Origin: Perna viridis
Lineage: Eukaryota
DNA: 64,000 bases
NCBI GenBank assembly: GCA_037379345.1
Contig: CM074516.1
Coordinates: forward strand, 47,777,626 to 47,841,625
Direction of reading: 5' to 3'
The translations under genes were made by a program, and so were the position numbers. Below are positions 53,101-62,100 of this stretch, piece by piece. Within the stretch, counting starts at the first letter, position 1. Every line of letters begins with the position of its first letter. The notes beneath the pieces were generated by a model. It was not told where the DNA came from, did no database searches, and worked only from the letters and a program-made list of their open reading frames with translations.

Positions 53101-56100
53101 ACATGGTAACAAATTAACCTATAATGACCTTTCCTGTAGGGACAATTTTATTGGTCTTTATCTATTCCATTTATTTGACATTAGTATGCATGTCTGTTAA
53201 GAACTGAACATGAAATTTAGTTTTAATCAAATTCATTTGTGCCAATATAGAGCAGTTAACAATTAAATTGTCAAGACAATAACTGGGCCACAGTATAGCC
53301 AGTCAGAGTGATAAATTCAGTTTAAATTTCAATGGACCAATTAAAAATGTTTCAAATCTAGGATACATACCAACCTTTATTTAGACTAACAGCTACAGAG
53401 TAGATATAGCTTAGTAATTCAATAATAAATAAATCTGAACCATTAAAGAAATGTTATCAGCTATTATTGACATATTATATTTACTTGTGAAATTAATTAC
53501 CCTCACCATCAAATATTGATCATTCATTTAGTTAATCAGACCCCTAATCAATTTATCATCAAGTACTATATTGATTATGTGGTATGATTATCGCTAGATA
53601 TGCATGTTGACAATAATCAACTTAATTAATATTTCCTTTCTTTTCACTAAACGCCAAGTGGGGTACTAATATTGTCTAGCTTTTAATTGCAGAAAACAGT
53701 GGAAAAATAATTCCATATGTTTATGGAACATGCAATTCCTTACAGCGGAAAAAGCACTTAAAGATATCAACAGAATGGTTTGTAGAAATTGTAATTGTAA
53801 TTTTAATTGCAGACTGAATTAAATACAAGGACTATTGAACACAAATATTAGATGTAAATATATACAAAATGTAGAAAAAAAACTAGAAACCCTGTGAGTA
53901 AAGTACTATTGATTAATCCCCTTGCTACCCTTCCATGAATAGCAATGGCATCATGTGATAAAGAACATGTAAAAAGTTTCATCTAATTCCACTCAGAGGT
54001 TAGAGAGGAATTACAAAATAAAGCTGGAGACAGACAGCATGATCACTATTCAAGCAGGAAGTATAATAAGATTAAAACATGCAGTAACAGTGACAAACTT
54101 GACCTGGAACGTGTATTTGCTTATTAGCGATTTGGTTTTTTTTTTTACTTAATTCAATAAATGATAACTAATATTGTGTCAATTCATCATTCTTATGTGT
54201 TCATGAAGAAGACAGAAAGTACATCCAAGTGTGTAATCATTGTAAATACTTTATCAATCATATTTATGCAACACATGGATGAATTTAACATCACTTACAG
54301 TAAATGTGTTAATTTTCTCAGGTTTTGTAAAGTGAAGTACTTGGAAGTATCAATTTTCATGGTTTCAAAAAAATGATTAGAGTTACATAGTGTTAAAAAT
54401 CAAATTTGTGGGTTTTCTGAACACCGCCAAAAATAATGTTTACAGTACTGTATCTGTTTTGTTTCAAAACTTGAACTGAATCAATTCTGAGTTCAAGATA
54501 GTCTTACAAAAACAGAAACATAAGGGTTGAATGGACAATGTAGTAAATAAAACATTCAACTGGGCAAGTTCATAATAAGAATAATTTATATTACATATGC
54601 CAATTAATCATGCCACTTTCATGAAGAGGCAGTAGCTACATATATAAAAGGGATATATAACTTGATTAATGAAAGGTTTTCTGCAATAAACTTTATGACT
54701 CCCAGTGAATAGCCAGTGTTCAACACCATTTCAATCAGGTATACAAGAACTTCAAGGTAATATAGATTTAACATCAGAAGCAAACATCCTATAAAGAGTG
54801 TTTACGACTAGAAGGAATCCAAATATTGAAAAAAATAAGTGTAAGTTAGCTATTAAGTGTTAAATAACAAGAAAGTTTATGTGCAGTTTATTACCATTAA
54901 TTGAAGATCTCTATAGAAACTTCATACAAATCAATGGAGTTAACCAATTATAGTGAAATCTTTTCTATAACTTGATCATTTATAAAGTGCATTTCTTTGT
55001 TAAGATTTATGAATGTTTTGTATAGTATGATTAAATTCCTCAGATGTAGACCTACATTGATGTATTAATGAACAGTCAGTCTAGACAGACAGTCAGTTTA
55101 TACATAGTTCAGTAACTAAAGTTTCTACTGTACAGATGTAGACCTACATTGATGTATTAATGAACAGTCAGTCTAGACAGACAGTCAGTTTATACATAGT
55201 TCAGTAACTAAAGTTTCTACTGTACAGATGTAGACCTACATTGATGTATTAATGAACAGTCAGTCTAGACAGACAGTCAGTTTATACATAGTTCAGTAAC
55301 TAAAGTTTCTACTGTACAGATAAACTATGTTATTATACCAACAACCTTGATTAAATAGTGACTAGCCTGGTACAAATTAATGCTTTTATAAATGGATAAT
55401 CAATTAATAATTCTATAATTGTCCTGTTATAGAGTACTGACATGGCATTTACTAGAATGGTGTACTTAAATGGTCAATAAAACTAAACAAGATCCAGTTT
55501 TCTGTACTATAGATAGGCTATTAACTAAAACTGTCATTCTACCATTAACTTACAAAGACACATTCAAATGCGTTGGCTAGCTTAAAACATTCTATGTGTT
55601 CAAAAATCAATACATTTAAATTTGTTTTTGAATAGATCACACTTCTTTAATTTGAACATGAAAAGCATTTCAACAACAAATATAAAGACATCCTTCAACA
55701 CAAAGGAAAATTACTGAAGAGATTTTATTTAAATTGATTATAAATCAGGGAGGAAAAAATATGTGCCAACAGAAAAATCTGTTTGACGATGATCATTTTA
55801 AATCCATTATCAGTTTATATCATTGCAGTTTAAATGGACTTCACTAAATAAACACAGAGTAACCCTAGTGAGCATATTATCTAACCAAGCCCATCGTATT
55901 CCAATGAAGATTCCTAACAGGGTAACCCTAGTGAGCATATTACCTTACCAAGCCCATCGTATTCCAATGAAGATTCCTCACAGGGTAACCCTAGTGAGCA
56001 TATTATCTTACCAAGCCCATTGTATTCCAATGAAGATTCCTCACAGGGTAACCCTAGTGAGCATATTATCTTACCAAGCCCATCGTATTCCAATGAAGAT

Positions 56101-59100
56101 TCCTCACAGGGTAACCCTAGTGAGCATATTATCTTACCAAGCCCATCGTATTCCAATGAAGATTCCTCACAGGGTAACCCTAGTGAGCATATTATCTTAC
56201 CAAGCCCATCGTATTCCAATGAAGATTCCTCACAGGGTAACCCTAGTGAGCATATTATCTAACCAAGCCCATCGTATTCCAATGAAGATTCCTCACAGGG
56301 TAATCCTAGTGAGCATATTACCTTACCAAGCCCATCGTATTCCAATGAAGATTCCTCACAGGGTAACCCTAGTGAGCATATTATCTTACCAAGCCCATCG
56401 TATTCCAATGAAGATTCCTCACAGGGTAACCCTAGTGAGCATATTATCTTACCAAGCCCATTGTATTCCAATGAAGATTCCTCACAGGGTAACCCTAGTG
56501 AGCATATTATCTTACCAAGCCCATTGTATTCCAATGAAGATTCTCTGATTTGTAAAGTGTTTTTTGCCTAAATATGATATGATTCAAATTCCACAGACAA
56601 AACATGACTTTATCTAAAGTCAATAAGAGTTCAAAATCTATTTCTGATACTTTTCATATTTATTCAGATTCAATTACAACATTACAGAAACAAAACATCA
56701 AGTAGATATTACATGTACTAGTATGCATTTAGCCTGGATTGATTGTATCAGATTTTCAAACCTACTTTTGCTTTATTGGTGAAGTGACCTATAATGACAA
56801 TCTCCCTTGGCTAAAGTATAAATAGGAAGATCTAGTTGAATGGTAGAGGTCTAGATGGGTGGTTGTCTTTACAACTATACTACAGTAGTAACCTACATGT
56901 ATCTAATGTATTGGAATATAAGACTCAACCTTCATGACCAAATAAAAAACTTAACCAGGTGAAAAATGCATGTCCTTACCTCAACATCTCCTGGTGTTAT
57001 AAATAGTTTTTTGTTCTGTGTTCCAGTGGGATCTCTAAAATCTTTAACCTGAAATTGAACTCTTTATGTAACAACTTTTTCTCTTTTCATGAAACGCGAC
57101 AATTCTTCAACTATAAACACTGAACACAATTTCAGCATCTACTGGAATTAATTGTCTGAGACATTATTACTACTAATAAATTATATACATGTAACATTTT
57201 AAGAAACCAACATTTTAGACTGACAATATACTTTATGCTACAGTCAAATATTTTAGGGTAAAATCTGAGATTGTTGTACCCATTCCTGTTTGTTTTATTT
57301 TGTAATCAATTTTAAGAATAAAATTTGTAAAAGAAAATAAGAATTTAACATCATGTACTAACTGCATGATAAATAAATCTCTGACACCCAAGAGTAAGAT
57401 GTAATTGTTCAATAACAAGGCTCTGATTATCACTGGTTATCCTCATACAAAGTACAGGATTTTCAGACACCAATGTGTAAGATTTGACATTTTCTGAACT
57501 ATTTCATTCCATTGATCTAATTGTTTTAAAAGAAAATGTATGTGTTCTCTCCCAACCCGTGAATTACATGGGACTTTTTTTTATCTAATGAGAAACAGTA
57601 GTTAGAATTACCTTGTGACTGAAGGGCTGTTGTGTTCTAGTCAATTAAAATACTATTTTTATAAATCCAGTACATTTTTATGTATAAACTTACTGCTTGG
57701 TAGAAAAAGATAAGTTTTCTTGATCCGTCAGTGTCAAAGAAATTTTCTATCAGTTCAAACTACAAAGAGAAAAGAAAAGTTTATCATATGCTGCTGAAAT
57801 AGAAATTAGGTGAGACCAATCCAAGTTGATATCATTCAGAGAATTTTGTACATGTAAGTTCAATAACCTTTCGAATTCCTAGGGAAGCAAATAGCTGAAT
57901 TAAGTAAATCTATAAGCAACTCATTTTTTGGGAACACCATACTGAGGGACTGTAATCAATAGATCTATTGAACTGACATTAATATGATCCTTGGGAGTTT
58001 GGTAGGAGTATATCTTCAGCAGACAAACTTATCAAATAATTCTCAGGTCATACTTGTCCAAGTACTGGCTATGTCAATATTGTCATGGATCAAATATTTA
58101 CTGGACACTTTAAACCCTACTTCCAAATCGTAACATTACCTATTTGTGAATAAATTTCTTTGAGATTGAAGAGTTTCTCAAATCATTAATGTAAACAGTT
58201 TTTAACTGGTTAATCTATAAATCGGGTCTACTTGTGAGACCTAAACTAACTTTTATGATTTAAATACACACGAATTTGCTTTGACCCTGCATGACCCTGT
58301 CAAGAAAATATACCCCCAAAACCTATCACATAAATCCTTAACTGTACCTAGCACTTTTACAACTGAACTGAAATCTGTCTTTATTACTACAATTGTCTAT
58401 TTAAACTTGTAAAGCAGTATCCATTTACTGTTAAATGAAGTTCAGGGCAACATAAATCATGATGCAATTCATACTGAAATGGGTCATAAATTTAACTATA
58501 AACAAATTCCTAGGCCTTGGAACAACAAAATGTTGTGTTGAGTTAGTTGGAGACCATTGATTGCATATTTCTCTGCAACTGTATTTAGACAGATGCATAC
58601 AAGGCACCACATGCAGTGATTCAAAAGCCTTTAGGTTCATAAATACAATTAATCATTCCTTGTTTTATAAAATTCTGAATTAGTTACAAACACAATTCAT
58701 ACCAGAGTAACATTTAGCTAATATGTACTACTATATTATTTGAGTGTGACAGTGGTCATATTTTGATCAAATCTAATCAGGACTACCAAAAAAATATTTT
58801 GATTTCACCATAACATATTATGTAGTTAAAGTCATTAACCTATAACTCATATATCATCAATAAGTTATAAAACTAAGGACACCCTAAAACCCGGATTTAT
58901 AACATTTATCTCAGTTAATCTTACATTTCAAATATTGTGAGACCTACAGATTTTAAAGATTTTGGGCAGTGTTGACTTTTATCTCAGTCAATAATATCTA
59001 GACAAAACCTAAGTATCTAGTGATTTTTTACCATTGTTACAAAGAGTAATCAAGGGAACCAAGTTTATAGCGGTAATCAAGAGGATGCAATCCAGTGACA

Positions 59101-62100
59101 AAGACCAAACATGGTATAAATCATAAAAGTAAACCCCCAGGCTTTAGAACAATTATAGGTTTATTCCAGACAATCTTACCCTTTCATCTCCTAAAACAAA
59201 ATCTTCAACAGCATTGATATCTATACCAAGTGCATCACTTATCTGTAATAGATCATACAAAATGGCAGAGGTATTAATCATTTACTGATTTACTGTGCAT
59301 GTAGTGCATTTTAAAATTCACATAATTCTTATTTTCATTATAATTCTCAAATTTACTTTACCATGTCATATTAGGCTATATAACTAGTACTTCATGCTTA
59401 AAAACAAGAACACATATCTTGCCATCATTGCAACCGTTAGAACTTAAAATATATTCAGCTGGAAAATACAACTTACCTGTCTAAATAAATGCTGATGTCT
59501 TGCATCACACTGAAAAATATGAAAACAAAAGAATGCTTATTATCCCAGTTTTGGCAGAACCAAAAACATTGTATATAGAATGTAGATATACATGAACAGT
59601 GTTCTACCAAGGTGTGTGGCCACTGTGCTATAATTTTGGAGAAGTATACATACATATTTTCAGCTGTGCTATGCCAGTAAGCTCTGTGCTATTTTAAATT
59701 CATGAATAGAGCACTGATATATTTATCTCATACAACTATTACGGATGAGAGAGAATATTTTAGCATGAAAATTATAATTTAATACATGCATATAAATGTA
59801 CACATTTAGGAGTTATACCATAATCTGCAAGGCTCAAAACATGGAGAAGTGACTTCTCTTCCACAGAGATATCAGGGAGAAGTACAGAGTGGTCAAGGAG
59901 AAGTGAATCTGGCATAATGATGTATTTATATGTGTCATTTATTACAAAGGACTTGACATTCAGACTATTACTTTTGTAGACAGGAAGTTTTATTCATTTT
60001 GAAGAGTACTCAGAAAGGGAATATTGTCAATGAAGTTAAGAATAAAAGCTTTCTGTTGAACAAGTAAGGAACTAGAGAAGAATGGTTCAATATTATGACA
60101 TAACAGTATGAAGTATAGCTGACAATCAAATGTCAACAGAAAGTCATATACAGTACATGTACCTGGCAACAGTGAAATGAACAATATATATGTGGTGTGA
60201 ATACTTGTACTTTACAGACCACATGCACATTTTTATCAATCAATACAATCCATTATATCATAACCATTCTTTAGACATAAGGGTGAGAATACAATGGCTA
60301 AACTACATCTATGTTTATTTATAATTACACAATCAGCAACTTCTTAAATAAGAAAAAAAAACTTCTGTCAATAAAAGAAATAAAGTTTGTCCAAGGTTCC
60401 CCTAATTCAACATTAAAATGTACACTATTATAAAGGACTATAAGATTGACCGATTAGTTTTTTTTCTAGACACAGATTAACCCCATACAGTCACTGTTTA
60501 TAGCAAAGACTTCTAACCAGTTCAGGCAGTAGAACATTAATAAAGTAATATTTATTTCCATACAAATGCCAACATAATAGATTTATAAAGAATTTAAACC
60601 TATCAATATTAAATGGTTGTTCTCCTGCAAAGATTACAATGCACTTAGAAGCAGGTAAAACTTTCATTGATGAAAACAAAAACTTGATAACAAAGGAGCT
60701 TAATTACTAAGGCCACAGAGGACATCAATAAACTAATAACTTCACATGTAGCAAGGACTGATCATTTTACATGAAAACTTGGAACCTATAAATTTTATAT
60801 CTAATGCAATTTTTATCTGTCTATATAAGAAATATTGATAAAAAAACTCAAAAATGAAGTCTGAGACTTATAATGTTAAAATATTAAGACTGGCTTAGAT
60901 CTTAGGTAAATTTAAAAAGATATGTACAAATAGTTTAGCTGAGATGTTTCATATAGATTTTTGTTACAAGGCTCAAGAGTACATGTACATGTAGGAAATC
61001 ATTTATTGTCCAAGAAAAAAACACCTGAGACCAAATAGATAGACGGATACTCTTCTGATAATGATTCATACTGGGCTGTGGAGGCATACTTATGTATGAT
61101 CATCTCTTTATAGAAACCTTTATAGAAATATGTAATTTAAGAAGGTAAATGTAACTAGAGGAACATTTAAACTGTACAGAAGGACAGATCAGGCTTAAGT
61201 AACACAATATAATCTACTTAAGACAAACCCTAATCAATACTTTAATCTAAAACAAATTATATTGTTACAAAAGACCTCAGTTTATTGTACCTGAATTATA
61301 TTTTATTCCTGTTGGACTTATCCATTAATTTAAATCCTACTGCCAGATTGTTATTGTGTAGCCAAGACTACACTATAGAGATTAAATGATCAGGTCACAC
61401 TTATTGAAAATATACAAAGGGATTTATAAACTATAATCGTTCCATCAATATAGTTATATACATAATATTATGGTCTTGTAATATATCACTTCTTTGTACC
61501 CACAATGAGATTCATCAAGCGAGAATTAATTGGCTCTGTGATTATTTCATGTCATTTACAAGGACTAATATGTAAAAAATACCTCAAGATCTTGTATCAT
61601 TTATATATGCAAACATTACCACTGTGGATATTTAACTTCAAAAAATTAGTTTTAATATTGACTCAATACATTAAATGAGTCAGTTGATAAGTTTTAAAAC
61701 TATGTTGTTCAGCACTACGATCTATCAGTACTGCATTCTTACAATACAATTTTTTTCTGATATACATATTTATTGTTTTAATTACTGTTATCCATGTACA
61801 TGTATCTATATGCATGTTCAAACTGTGAGACATTAAACTAGACATCAATATTAAAAAACAGTCATACATATTTTACCTTTCATTTCTTGCCTTAAAATAT
61901 TCTATTTTTGAAATTTAAATACTTGTGAAAATATGTGATAGTTTCAATTTAAACCAATATCTTTGGGCAGACAAAGTTTTACACTGCAACATTAATAAAT
62001 GCAATATTCATATTACATGTACATATTTATACTGTTGTCACTAGCTGTACATCAACAGAAATTAATTTCTGTAAATTTAGTCTGAGGAACGTAGATATGT

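Noticed and set aside
55823-56548. 241-aa repetitive ORF and overlapping ORFs
   Set aside because: Product of a stop-free 63-bp minisatellite inside a dynein intron; non-ATG start, and open frames on both strands.
57612-57636. Possible microexon between dynein exons 5 and 6 (AAG|gtaatt donor)
   Set aside because: The 25-nt form breaks the frame and leaves a 57-nt intron; the in-frame 15-nt form (PFSHK) has no pyrimidine tract. It is not needed for the reading frame.
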